Assembly: GCA_000934665.2 (NCBI GenBank) | Contig: KZ537958.1 | Coordinates: forward strand, 124,001 to 188,000 | From: Catajapyx aquilonaris | Taxonomy: Eukaryota | Reading direction: 5' to 3' | Length of the DNA stretch: 64,000 bases | Shown: one piece after another, positions 40,801-53,928 of the stretch | Position numbering within the stretch: the stretch's first letter is position 1 | Layout: each line of letters opens with the position of its first letter | Notes under the pieces: generated by a model | Seen by the model: the letters and a program-made list of their open reading frames with translations, nothing else | What the model was told of the DNA's origin: nothing | Databases searched by the model: none | Translations under genes and position numbers: made by a program

Positions 40801-43800
40801 ATAAGTGGCCGTTGAGCACCGCCACTTTGGTGCACTTGCGGGGTGTATTGAAAGCCCCTTGCGGTGGCCCTACGCGCCTCTGGATTCTTCATCCGGTTAA
40901 AACTCGCGCAACATGACCACACAGTGAACCAATTAAGGTCAGCTGCTGCAACATGGAAGTGTCACGATCCACGTCAATGATGGACATTTGTCATTATGCT
41001 GCAATATAAAATGGGCCGGTTATTTTGATTGCGTGTAATGATGTTATTGAAACACGCCTGTTTATCCGATATTTGAGCATATATTCGATTATTTACCCGT
41101 AACTGTGCGGGACAGTCATACATAATTTTCATCGACGCAGGGGCAGCGACAAGTACTGCAGCAACGTGATAAACAGAAATTACCACTGATATGATGCTGA
41201 AGTACAGATCCAAACAACAACAGAACCGCTTGAAGGATAATCAGCTTTAGAATATGTATTAATGACCTAGAAGCACGACCCCTTGATGATGTCACGTGAA
41301 GATAAGTCTTTTTTTTGTCCCATTATGCGCATCTGTTGCCTTTCCTTCTAACATTATCTTTTGCCGGATGGTTGAAACGACGTGGGCCATTCCAGGCATT
41401 GATTATTATTAGGGGGAGGCTCTGGCATAATTCTTTGTCCCTCCCGCCTCGTAATTTGGGGAACGGTTCATGTTGTGACGTTCATCTCGACCGTTAATTT
41501 ACTCGGGTTATTGTAGCACCCCCGCAACCTTTGGGTTATATATCACTGAAAATGAGAGCAGCTCTCACAATTCAGATTTTTTTTGCGACTAAAAAATATG
41601 GGGGCTGTGACAATATTTTATATGCCCCATATAACCGTGCGAATAAAATAATATGAAGGTACTAATTTCTTTACAATGTGTATAAATTTGCTGGAATTAT
41701 CTTTGTTGCGCTACTCATTTAATAGTATTGTGAAATTTATTGTAGGAAAAATTGTCATATTATCTGGGTGATTTTGTTATAAGTGATTTTGATTACGCTT
41801 TTATTGCTTGTTATTCATCATGCCGAACGCGCATTGCCCATTACATTAGCGATAATAACTATTCTATTGATCATGCCGCGTTTATTTCGACGTTAGCAGC
41901 AGTGACGTTTGAAAATGAGTGAACATACTGCATTCCGAATTAAATCTCCGCTCAGAGCTGAATGCAAAAATGCGCTGCTGCATTTTGCAGTGGGGGTTGA
42001 AAAAAATACTCTTGTCGTGACAAAGTCGGATTATATTTTGCTACCTGCTGGAAACGGCACTCTATGCGCAATTATTTTTTTATTTGGGAACCAAATGTAT
42101 ATGCTAGAGACCTCACGGGGTGAATTATTTTGAGAAAAATCCCGTGATTATTTTTTCGTCGCTTCATAGGGATGATTAAAACTCTGGTAATTTATGAGCG
42201 CATTCTTCAAGTTTAATTGCGAGGAAGTTATTAAGGATGAATTTTGAAACTCTTAATTCTTTTTAATTGTGTGCAGTTTTCTTCTCCCATTTTAATGAAG
42301 CTTTCCCATAAGTTTACTCCAACAAGTACATTATTAGATCATCAACCATCAAAAAGAAACTTACAGTCAAATTGCCATACTCGATAGTCAAAACTATTTT
42401 CGTTATTTTAATATTCCCCGGATGATTACGCTGCGATTATGTGTGTTCTAATCTATTACATGCAAATAAGAAAACTGCTCAATCATGCTCATAAATTCTG
42501 AGCTCGAGTCAGAGGTATACGCCTACTTATAGGCCTTGTTGTAGGAGGAAAATTAATGGCGATGCATTATATCCGAGGCCAATGTTTGCGATAAGTCTGC
42601 GTTTCGGTGTGACACAATCCGCATTATCAATCTCCAGAAGTGTTCGTGGGAGGAGGAAGAGGATAATTAGTCGCCCTGCCGGTGTTCGTAGGGCATGCGT
42701 GTGCTCCTAAAACACATAATGTACTTGGAAATGTAGATAAGCTCCAGGCACCGTTAAAAAAAACGAAAAAAGAAAGCTTATATCAAACAGGTAAATCAGT
42801 TGTAGTCTGGCAAACAAAGGTTGTTTGCGAGGCGTATGCCACGTGATTATCGAGGAAAACATTTTCCTTATTTTTTTAACGAAGGTTTAAGATTGAATAA
42901 CGGTTGCATGTTATTTTACTCTGTTGAATTGTGTTTAGCAAAATTGTAGTAATATTTTTTTCGTAATTTTTATGACTCCTTATCTGTTTATCGATAACTT
43001 TAAATACCTTTTTTAACAAATCTACATATTTATGACGTATTTCACGTACTCACAGAATTCATTGCTTGACGTGCATAATATCCGCAGACTAACTTTTGCG
43101 ATTTTCGGAACCAAAATTAGCTTCGGTCCAGGTACGGAGCTATCACTCACTTGTCTAATGCTACATCGTATCCTGCAGAGCTCCCTAGTTATTTTCAGAC
43201 CATTTTGAAACCCTCACATATTATATGCAATTTCCTCCAGTTCGTTTACCTGGATATTAGTCTTCCTTTATACCCAACCAAGCCGCATTATTGCTGAAAG
43301 ATTGCTCCTTTGGCACAGGAAGCCTGAATTGACGCCTGGTATCCCCGTCACGTAAAAAAAGGGAGGCAAAGCGAGTTGTTCCCAGAAAGCGAATCGGCGT
43401 GAAACATGACCCAATAAGGCAGAAATAAAGACCCCGAGATCAAACCAGTTACATCCAACGCATTTTGTGCAGATACGCCACATTTTCATCTCCAACCACG
43501 ACTTGTAAGTGGGGCCTTGTGGTACCTCAGACAAAGACAAGAACTAGAAAAAGGCAGCGATAAAAGCTCCCTCCCATTTCCTGGACCTGGTCAGGAACAA
43601 AAATACCCTCCTTCTCCCTTGTTCCTTCTTCCCCCCCTTTTTTTTCTTCTTCCTTCAGGACTTGTCAGGATGTGCAATTTCCGGCACCTGCAAACGAGTT
43701 CTTGACAAGGATGCGACATTGGTCTCGCTCGTTGAGCACCACTCATTCCCTTTTCGGCTGGGGGACAACCAAGACAAGAAGATTAGTCTTTTTTTACGAG

Positions 43801-46751
43801 TCACGCTTGTTTACCGGTGCATGATGGGAGAATCGAGCGGGGGTCTCTCTTTTTTTAACGGGGATTCCCCGACTCACACTGCTGGGCTTGTCCGTTTCCT
43901 CTTGCAGGCTCATTCACCACTTAGGCGGCCATTATTCGCTCATTTTTCCTTCCCTGCGTTTAAGGTGGAAATGTCTGGAGGGGGGAAAAAACAAGGGTCT
44001 TCAAGAGGAGTGCTTTGGATGGAGTGCACTCAAAATCGGAGACATTAACAAGGCTGCTGGAAAACATGAGCTACTTTTTAGTGTTTACAAAGAGAGGGAA
44101 TGAAAATTGAAGAGCTGTGAGGTCGTATTTCAAATTATTTTCTGTTCAAACCTGCTATCTTAAGACGTATGGTGTAGAAAACAATTTTGAAACTTGTGGT
44201 CTGGAAAAAAGCATTTCATAACATACTGTTCCAGTAATTGATAACAGAAATGTTGCCACTAGCTAACCATTGCTATATACCAAAATCATATTCGACTTAT
44301 AGACAACTACTTATTTCCTTATACTGTACCTGTATATGCGGTTTTGAATGCATATTTTGTAACACCTGTAACCTGTCACATTTGACCAGAACTGACTATA
44401 ATAATTTTTGAATAGTGTGGGAAAGAGCAAATCGCAAATTCTGCTCCCCCATACCATTCTGGAGATCGACAGTGCAGTTAAAACCTGTGAATTTGGACAC
44501 CTGATTGAGATTGCCACTTGTTACCGGGTCCGAATTGGTTAACTTTTGAGGCTTTGCCGTAATTGAATTCATTTCACAACAATGAGCAACCATCGGAGCG
44601 AGCAGAGAATCGTGTGGGAAAGAGCTAGAATTCATACGAGTATTATAACACCGTCGGACCTTACCTGTATTTACGCATGAGTGAGTCTTACGGCCTGTAC
44701 TAAAATTGACGAAACATTTATTTTCGATAGGAACTCACTGGTTGTTGTTGATAAATAGTTTCATTAATGATCACATCTAATATATCTTCATAATAGTAAT
44801 TTTAGAACTTTTGTTTCCGCGGGAAAAACATGAAACATTTTTTCCGAAACCATAAGCAGAACAAGTCCAGAAGCAACGTATAATGACATCAACAAATCGA
44901 ACAAGCCAGATAAGGGCCAGCCTTCCGCCAGCCTTCCTCCCACTCCAGGCCTCAGGGATTTGTGTTTCTGAAAACCAAAAATAACCTCAGAAAATTGCGC
45001 ACTCTCTGTATCCAAGCAACCCCCGGAATGACCGGAAATATAATAATAGACTATTATACTTTCAGAAATATACTGCAGCTTTGCATCAGGTCAGAAAGGT
45101 TTCGACACTCAGTAATTTTACTGTACGCTATAAGCCTCTACAAAATTGAACTAAATCCACCAATCACACCAATATTTAACCCCCGCTTAAAATAGGCTAA
45201 AACATGTCTGTCTCTTCTCAAAACAAGTGCACATTTTTGCATGACTGAACTCCGTCATCTCCACTGGTCCAACTGGGGAAATGACCAGACGTGCGTCTAC
45301 ATACAACCCCGGGGTTTCCAAAGGCTCTCTTTTCCGGGCCCAAAGTCTAGGCTTCTGAGTGCCTCCGAGTGAGGTTTGAACTCTAATGTGGCCGCCGTGT
45401 GTATATATCAGAGCGAGTGAGAACCCACCTCAATTTTGTGGTTCCTAAAATCCACTTGCAAGTGACTTGACATTCATATCACTTGGGGGTCCCTGGCTTG
45501 AAGGTTCTATGTAAAAAGCTGGCAGAATTTGGTGCTGCAGTTAAGTCTTTTTGAGGACCCAAGGCACGAGTTTATTTCGGCGCGGGTGAACGGTTTCTAA
45601 TGAGACGGAGCAAAATCGGGCATATACGAGGGGAATAAAATCGGTTTTGGTCGGCGGATTGTCGGAAGGGAATCAGAGGACGCCCCCGGGCAGGTTCTCA
45701 GGAAACAGGATTAGGCTTCGTTACTTAGGTGTTGTCATGAATAAGGAAACCGCAGCCCCCGGACTCCGCCTCCTCGCATATTAATGAACCTACGTGAAGT
45801 GAGACCCATTGCCTAATTGCCTCCTGCATATCTGCAGCTGAATGGTGCTCCCATGTAATTGGCCTTTTCATTGTATGACCTTTAGCGTCGAATTTTATTT
45901 GGGACTGTTGAACAGTACCTAACTTCTCAAAAAATATTGAGCCATACACGGTAGGCGTTCAAAAAAAGCATTTCTTTTGTACCGCACTGTACTCACCGAT
46001 CTTATTGGTGCAGCAGAGCCCCCCACCCTCTGCTCAATCAATCAGATATAGGGTGTCTGGTGTGGAGTGGATCACTTTTTGAGAAGTTATGCTGTGGGTA
46101 CTGTACTTACAGTATTTGTTCTACTTATCCCTTATAAGTGTACAACTGTGTGTATGATACGTATGATGATCGTAGTTACCATTAATATTCACCAGTGCAA
46201 AATTATGCACACTTGTCATCAAAATGCATTTCAGTGCAACCTGCATGAAACGGACCGGAATTTTCTGCACAAAAATGTGCAATAACACTCTGGCCATGTT
46301 TGAAGGGTAGGAACAGACCTACTTTGGGGACCGATGTAGCTCGGTTTATGTTGCTTTCAGAATACAATCCCCGAATGGACGCTAGGACTATATGAGAGAG
46401 GGGGGTACCTCCACCGTACAGTATAATGGAAGCGTGACTAGCTCTCTCTCTCTCCCATTCCCAATCCTGTTTCTGACGTGTATTCAATGAGCCAGGCTCC
46501 CCCGTTCCATTAATTCGCGCTCTCATCCGCGCGGCTTTTAACGATCTATTCGTCCCGCGGTATAAAAGTTTGACGTAGTGCACCGGGTTCCCTGTCCTGA
46601 CACGACTTTAATGATCTCGTGATATCCGAGGCCAAGAATAATTATTATTATCACCGCGGCGGACCTTGTCACCGGTATGTCGGGAGAGGAAAAGTAGCTG
46701 TAGGTTTCATGATGTTGTGAAGTTTATTTATGATCGTTCTTTTCGTTGCAG

Positions 46752-46807
46752 GTAAGACACTGGTGGCTTGTACGGTGTGATGTGCTGAAATCGGGGAATT
46801 GGTGACG
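46752..46807 (+). other. Candidate recursive splice site (ratchet point) with 56-nt cryptic exon, or a short non-coding exon
   Basis: tgatcgttcttttcgttgcag|GTAAGA at 46751/46752: the acceptor is immediately followed by a donor. A second donor ACG|GTAGGT lies at 46807/46808. Confidence 0.55.
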
Positions 46808-49800
46808 GTAGGTGCAAACCTCCCACTAAAAATCGTGAATATTAAATGGGAAAACTAGCCCAAACAATTTGCGTCACGTCGGTCGTCTTCAAAGCGAAAA
46901 TCGGCTTTGTTAGTCCCCAAAATAATGCTACGAGCTTTACCTGCACCCTCTAATCCCTCATATATCATACCCCATTAATGACTAACGACCATGTATCCCA
47001 GTGTTGTCTGACATAACAAAACCATAATGCCAGTAGGTCTGCTGCCTAAATAGGGCGGTAAACATAGCAATGTGGATTACGCGTGTTTACTTGGGCACCC
47101 GGATCCAACACATTGTATAACTGACCTCTCTCCAAGCTCCAGCCGGGGGTTTCCCTCTGGAAAAAAAAGCACCCCCAACCACTCCCACTTTTAATCCCAC
47201 AGGATTCGTTGATTTACTAGTAATCAATTATCTGGCATGAGACGCAGCAGGGGATTGTGACGCGCCAAAGTTTCACATATAGTTTGGGCACAGTTTCAGG
47301 CAATCTCTGGAGTTATTCCTGCTTATGACCCACAGAGGGGGTTTAGAGTAATGGTGGGACATTATAGAGTGTGTGGACAGTTTGCCAATCAATTAGCGCG
47401 TTACGGCGCATTATTGTATTGTGGCCGAATGCTTACTGAAATTACCGGCAAGGGTCGTCTGCTAGGTAATAATCATCATTCCAAATTATCTTCGGGGATA
47501 ATGATTACAAAGTGTGGCGCAAATCGGGGTTAAAGATGATTAATCGACGCTGGAGGATAATTTCCATGCGCCAGGCCTTATTACGTGCAAAGTCTAGTCT
47601 CGTGTCGCCTTCGAGCCTGACCAACACTAAGTTAGCACTAAGACGACAAATTCGGTTAGGGAAATAGCGAGTAACTTACAAAGTTTGCTGGCCCTTGCCG
47701 GAGATAATTCTGTGCATGTGTGGTTTGAGATAATCCAAAGCAAATATTTTACTTTGCATTATGTGTACGTTATAGTGTAGGCAGAAAATGCTGACTTGCT
47801 GGCTCATTATTAATGTTTAGGACTTAATGGCTACTTATAAGTGTAAAACCGACAAAATTTTGCGTATACGACACAATTTTTCAGGGTTATATCATGGTCA
47901 AAAATGCAAGGCTCTTGTGCTGGGTAATGATGTTGTGTTTATAAACTCGACGGGGACATTTGCAAATCAATCGATTGGCTTGACCTGGTCATGGACACCT
48001 TGATGACCGTCCTTCGGATGTTACTGCTGAAATTGCTTAATTGTGTTGAAATATTCATGTGCATGGATGGGTTCCACCCGCCTGCGTTGGATAGATGGCA
48101 GCAATTATTTGCAGCAGCTTCCCCCCCCTCCCGCTCTATTTAATCGAGAGCTGTCCATCTGCAGGTCCTAAACTGGGGTCCCCAAGCCATTTTAGGCCCA
48201 CCCCCATTTTGGGAAAGAGCCTAATAAGGGCCCCCTTATTGATAGATGCCGCCGTCTAATTGGCTGTCACCTTCCGGGAGCCATGCCTATCTATTATGTC
48301 AAAAACCCGGGAGGAGAGTGAATTTCGTTCCCTCATTATTTACACTGATTGGACAACCTGAACGATGAGGAAAGAAGCCAGAATTCGATTTGACGAAGGC
48401 TCAATTAGTTGGAAACTGCTATCAGATAAGTGCCCGTTTTGCCAGGAAAAGAATAGGGTTTTTTTTCGCTCCCTAGAAAGTCGTTTTATTGGCACAGATG
48501 TAAGTATAGGAAATGCGAGTCTTATCGAGTTAGTACAGAGAAATATTAAATTGCCGATACTGGCCTGCTCGGATAGTTCGGAGCAATTTATTACCCTGGG
48601 AGATTTCGCAGAGGATTAATTCTCCGTTCAAGCTCGACTTACCCTTCCTCCTCTTTTAATTGCTAAATATCACTCCATATCCCGTTGCAAAACGGCGACG
48701 TATAATTTTCCTAAATGAGTTATTGTAAGTGCTGAAGCACGCATGATGCATCGTGGTAATTTACTAATGGCTCATTTTTATACTGATATCTTAAGCAACT
48801 ACCGTTGTTATCACTCTGAACATCAGACTCGTAATAACTGATGATCATCATTTGTTCTATGTGTATGACATTGATATAAATGCTACATGTGGTAATATGC
48901 TGTTGATAATCTGCTGCTATTGTGACTTTCATTTTATATAATATAGTAAGCAATCAAATATATTTATCAAAAGCAATTGTCCATTTTAAGTGTTAATTTA
49001 AAATTTTCTTATTCCTCTTTATTAATTATGTTTCTTTTTGTTTTAGTTTGTTTTATACCCCAATTAGGCCTTTTAGGAGACATAAGCTCCAGGGAATACA
49101 CGATTATTATTATTCACATATAAATTCATTTTTTCAAAACATCTGCAAAACAACAGTACTTTGGGTATATTTTCAGCTCGAAATTGTTATTAATTAAGAG
49201 ACAATATTTTTAAATACTGTACAGCCACGACACGACCGGGTCTCGTTTCTCGACCTCCCAACCGCAACCAACTATCACTAGTCCGGGAATCCCCCGCAAA
49301 ACTATCACCCGCCATTGTTACCCCCTACAATACCCCCCCGTTTAAAATATGCAAATCCGATTGTAGCGGTTTGACTTTGCGTATAGGACGTGGCTCGCTC
49401 AGTCCCAAGCTCAGGAACAGCAACAACAACGACAAAAAAAGAGAGTCCGAATCGGGTTCTAGTACTGGCCTATAAATAATTGGGCTGCCTGCTTTAACAA
49501 ATCAGTGGCGGTTCTGGCGCTTGGGCATCCTTCTCACGCCCCTGCGAATTGATCGTCTCCGTCATTTGAACCAGTCAGATCGATTCACCAGACCCCGAGC
49601 GGCGATTGCTTTTTTCCCCTGGCCTTATTCGGGGCCCCTCCCAATGTCAACTCCTTTTAGCTTCAGCCAGGGGGACTGCATGACGTGAAACATGAAGCCC
49701 ACCGCCAAAATTTGCCCTCCCCGGAACATGATTGAGTTTTTTGAGGCAAAAAGAAAAGAGTGGGTGTGAGCAAAAACCGTGATTTGGTAATGGAGTCGTG

Positions 49801-50498
49801 TTGTCAACTGGTGTTTCTTTGGAGCGGAAAAACATCCGAGCAGCGTCACTGCGCCAAAATGGTTCAAAGTACCGAGCACGTATTTGACACTTTTCTTTCT
49901 CACCGCCTGGCTATTTATTTTGTCTCGCTTTTTCGACGACAGGTCAGTGGCAGCTAGCATCCATTATTAATGTCGCCAGCTGTAAAATGGTCGAACCGCA
50001 CCCTTCATCAATAGCCATTTTTTTTCTCTAGAGAGAAGAGGAATTCAAAAGCGTTTTTTTTTTTTTTTTGATAAATTGAGTTGCATTCTTTGCGTCCAGG
50101 CCCGTGACTTTTGTTTCGTGCATTTTTGGAATTCGAGTCCTGGACGATAAATCAATTCTTGTTTGATGAAGATGGATTTGTGCAGAAATTGAATTTGCGG
50201 ACGGGGAATTTCCGGAATGCATCACAACACGCCACCTCCACGTAAAAGCATGCATGATCAGAGAGAGAGCTCTACAGTATTCAGACTATATACCATGTGG
50301 GGGTTAGCCAGGCTGTCCTCATTCCTTACCACTTACAGTTAGTACAGTATAGCCGGATGTCAAAGTTAAGTGAACAAATTGGGTCAAAATCGTGTAAAGT
50401 GCAATTGGAAGTGATCATTTGGCAAAATTGTAGCTAGCCATAATATGCCAATATCCACACGTTTCCAATATTGCAATGTTTCATTTTCAAGCGAGTGT

Positions 50499-50543
50499 GC
50501 TCGAATGTGCGAGCACCCGCTCGAACGTGCGAGCCACCCGCTC
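50499..50543. repeat. ~20-bp tandem duplication of a small hairpin unit
   Basis: GCTCGAATGTGCGAGCACCC / GCTCGAACGTGCGAGCCACCC / GCTC; each unit holds a GCTCG...CGAGC stem. Confidence 0.7.
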
Positions 50544-51183
50544 ACTCGTAATCCTCCAGATATATCCAGCATCTCCAGGCCTGTATCTCTGGCAATGGGC
50601 ATATTGCCGGGTGCAGGCAGCCAGAGAAATGAGTTGTCCAGAGTGAAGTGCTGCGGGGATGTTCCAGACCCGGCTGCAGTCGTATCGTAGCCTCGGTCCA
50701 CTCGCCTCTCCCTCCCCTGGTAATTCCCTTGACAGGGAGGAAAGTCAGAGGATAGGCTCCTTTTCTGCGGGCAGCCCTAGAGCCCGCTGGAAGTTTCCAT
50801 TGGGATCCGCCATGTTAACACGTCGCCAGGCGCTGTCAAGCGCCGCTTTTGTCTTGCAGCTCCCCCATTAATTAAAAGCTCGGTTCCATAATTAGAGCGG
50901 CTTGTAAAGGGTTAGCAGCCCGGCGGTGGGGCGCGAATTAGCAAGGAAGGCTGCGGGAAGACCATTACTCTTCATCACTCCGATACCGTATTGTCATCGG
51001 CCTAATTAAGACCCGGGCTGGCTGGCTGGCGGGGGTATCCTCACGACGACGACAACGACGCTTCCCAACACTGGGGGGAAAGTAAAACGAGTAAACTCAG
51101 GGAAGAATAAGGCTCAGGATGGATTCGGGTGGAGGAAATGACGACGGGGACGCGGAGGCAATCTCTGGTTTGATTTACATATA

Positions 51184-51260
51184 GAGAACCTCAGAGAAAA
51201 CATTGCCGTACAAGAAACTCGTCTTTCATGTACAGGGATCGAACCTAGTACCTCATAGGT
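51184..51260 (-). mobile_element. Possible decayed SINE fragment
   Basis: Minus strand has B-box GGTTCGATCCC followed ~30 nt later by GTTTTCTCTGAGGTTCTC, resembling a SINE body motif. No A-box or TSD found. Confidence 0.3.
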
Positions 51261-53682
51261 TGGATGTTATGGCGTGGAATGACTTGCTGTACTTTAAAAC
51301 AATATATTATTTCCTAATGTTGGTGCGTTCCACGAATTCCCAAAATATTGCATACAGTAATCCCCGTTGATAAAATATGCCAAACCCTACAAGTGTATTC
51401 AGTAGGACAATTACAATGAGATGGCCCACCGATTTACCACGTAATACTATTCTTCACTCATAGATGGCGCACATTCCCTCTGCACACTCATGCCACCTTC
51501 AGATTGTGCGCGAGATGGCTATACTTTGAGATCGGACAAACATCCGACGGAGAGAATAAGCCTGTTAGGAGAAAGATGTAATAAGCTAACATGCATAAAA
51601 TTTCGTTAAAACAGACCTCTGCCAGTGGATCTCATCGCTTTAGAGACATCTGTTATACTTTCGTCGCCTTAAGTCTTTTGAAGCGTTTCCTGCTCCTTTG
51701 AACTGTCATATGTTAAAGAACCATCTTTCTTAATTCGTGAGGGGGAAAGTTGGGGCGAAGAAGAAGAGTCGCTTTTACTTTGCCCGCTACTTTACTTAAG
51801 TGACAGCAATAATGACAAAGTGGTACCTGTGCGGCGCGGCGCAGTTGATTTTTAAACATCCCTTGGCATTGCTCCTTAGTGTGAAAAATTACCTGCCCCG
51901 AACACTTCACGGTACATGAATACCCTTTTTGTTCACGGTATTAGGTTTTTTTCTTTTTTCCATCACACACCAGTCTCTCCCTGCTGCTGCCTGTTGGGGG
52001 CAACAATAATTGTTTAAAGGGTTATGTCACAGCATGCATCACAAAAACATTGCTTCATGAGAGCAGATTATACACAGCATGCAGTCGAATTATGAGGTTT
52101 ATCGCATCCTCGTACCGGCTGGGTTTTATAGCAGCAGGTGATCGGTCGTTGAAAATAACTATCGAACATGCCGGGTGTGAAAGTGACCAGGAACTTTGTG
52201 AGTCTAAAACACCCCATACAAATTATTTAATAGCATATATGCATGTAGGAAATGCTTAATTATTTTTCGTTCAACAATTAATATATACAGTACTTCAGGA
52301 CTATTGAAAACACGTTTGCGTGACAAATATGCAGGTACAAAAAAAATTAATCCTACAGCTAAATCGAAATAAAACAAGTTAGTTTCGAACGCTTCACTGT
52401 TCAACTGTTTCGATAAATTTTGCTCGAAAGCGGCGTACACCACATTAAAAGCTGTTGAACATTTTTGTTATTCAGTCACACGGGGCATGAAAATCCCACC
52501 CAGAAATTTGAAAGCGCGTGTTTGAAATTGAATTGTTGTAAATGAGTCCAGCTCCCGAACAAACCGGTCACGTTTTTAAGAGTCAGAAAGGACATTTTTT
52601 TTAACTGTGCCAACCACATAATTTTGCAATTTTGGAAAAGTACAGGAGACAAGTGCTTTGCTTGGAGATAAACACGGGCAAGCGGTGGCCGTACGATAGC
52701 CGCACGTATCTGACCTGTTTAACCAAAATGCGCTACAAAAAGCTGTAAAAACTAGAGCTCTTTATTTGCCAGACTTATCTCTGAGTGTACCCGGCTTTTG
52801 TTGAATAATAATTGCACAAGTGGGATTGAGGTTCAGATCCGATTTTTACTCGCATGTTGTGTTTTTGTCCCGGATTTAAAAGAGGGCCAGCCCTCCGGAT
52901 TACTTCTATCGCTAGGTGCTGGGCAACACAGCACCTTTTTATATATAGCCAGATTCAGAGAAAGTAGTGTTTAGTCGCAATGCGATGCATTAGCTGGCGG
53001 AATTCCTGGAACAATTTCATCATTGTCAGACCTCAACTGACGCCGCAGCTAAAGGTTGAAAGCGGCGGCGGGCCATTGTGGCTTTGCATCAGTGATGGCA
53101 GCAGCCGAAATCCATTTTCCTGTGATGTCACCTGTGCCCATAGCCTGGGCCCTGTCACATACTGCGTCAACAAAATGCTCCGTGTGCAGCACCAGGTCCC
53201 CCGGACGCATGCAATGGATGCATGGCGCCCCGGACCCTGCGAAACACTGTGCATGTAGCCTTTGTTTCGCTGTTTGAATTGCCTGAAAATAAGGGCCTAA
53301 GCGCTCTGTGCCAAATACGTCAAGCGTGAGCACGCTTGTAAAGCCCCCCAATGTGGATGGACAACAATCACGGGTAGGGGTAGGGGGGGGGGGGGGGCCC
53401 ACACCGCCGGTACGCCCTGACCGTGACAAACCAAGAGGAAAAATGGCAAAGGTCGAACTTGATTGAGTGGCTTCTATACACTGTCAATCGAAATCCACCC
53501 CCCTCCATCCACCTCCAAAAAAAAGCTGCCAGTTTGTTTACATTTTTGTTCGCCCCCTATTAATATGGTGTAGTCCACACTTTTTTAATCTCTTTGGACA
53601 ACACACTACTGGCAATGCATAAACTGCTCACACAGGACGGTGGTTATCAACCATGTTCCTGCGGATCCTAGCAGTATCAGGA

Positions 53683-53928
53683 ACTGCTATTTTAAAAATA
53701 ACAGTGGTTTGAGTCCAAAATCACCTACCAGTAGTAGCAAGTACTGATCACTGTTATTTTTAAAATAACGGTGATTCGAGTCAAAAATCACCTACCAGTA
53801 GTAGCAAGTACTGATCACGGTTATTTTTAAAATAACAGTGATTCGAGTCAAAAATCACGTACTGCCAGTAGCAGCTACAGATCACAGCTACTTTCCAATG
53901 TAGCCGTGATAATGGGCCAAAAATCGCC
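53683..53928. repeat. 67-bp tandem repeat, ~3.7 copies, with a palindrome in each unit
   Basis: Units start at 53683, 53750, 53817 and 53884. Consensus is approximately ACTGTTATTTTTAAAATAACAGTGATTCGAGTCAAAAATCACCTACCAGTAGTAGCAAGTACTGATC. Confidence 0.92.

Noticed and set aside
53683..53928. CRISPR array
   Set aside because: The sequence between palindromes is itself repeated (no unique spacers), there are no cas genes, and the context is eukaryotic.
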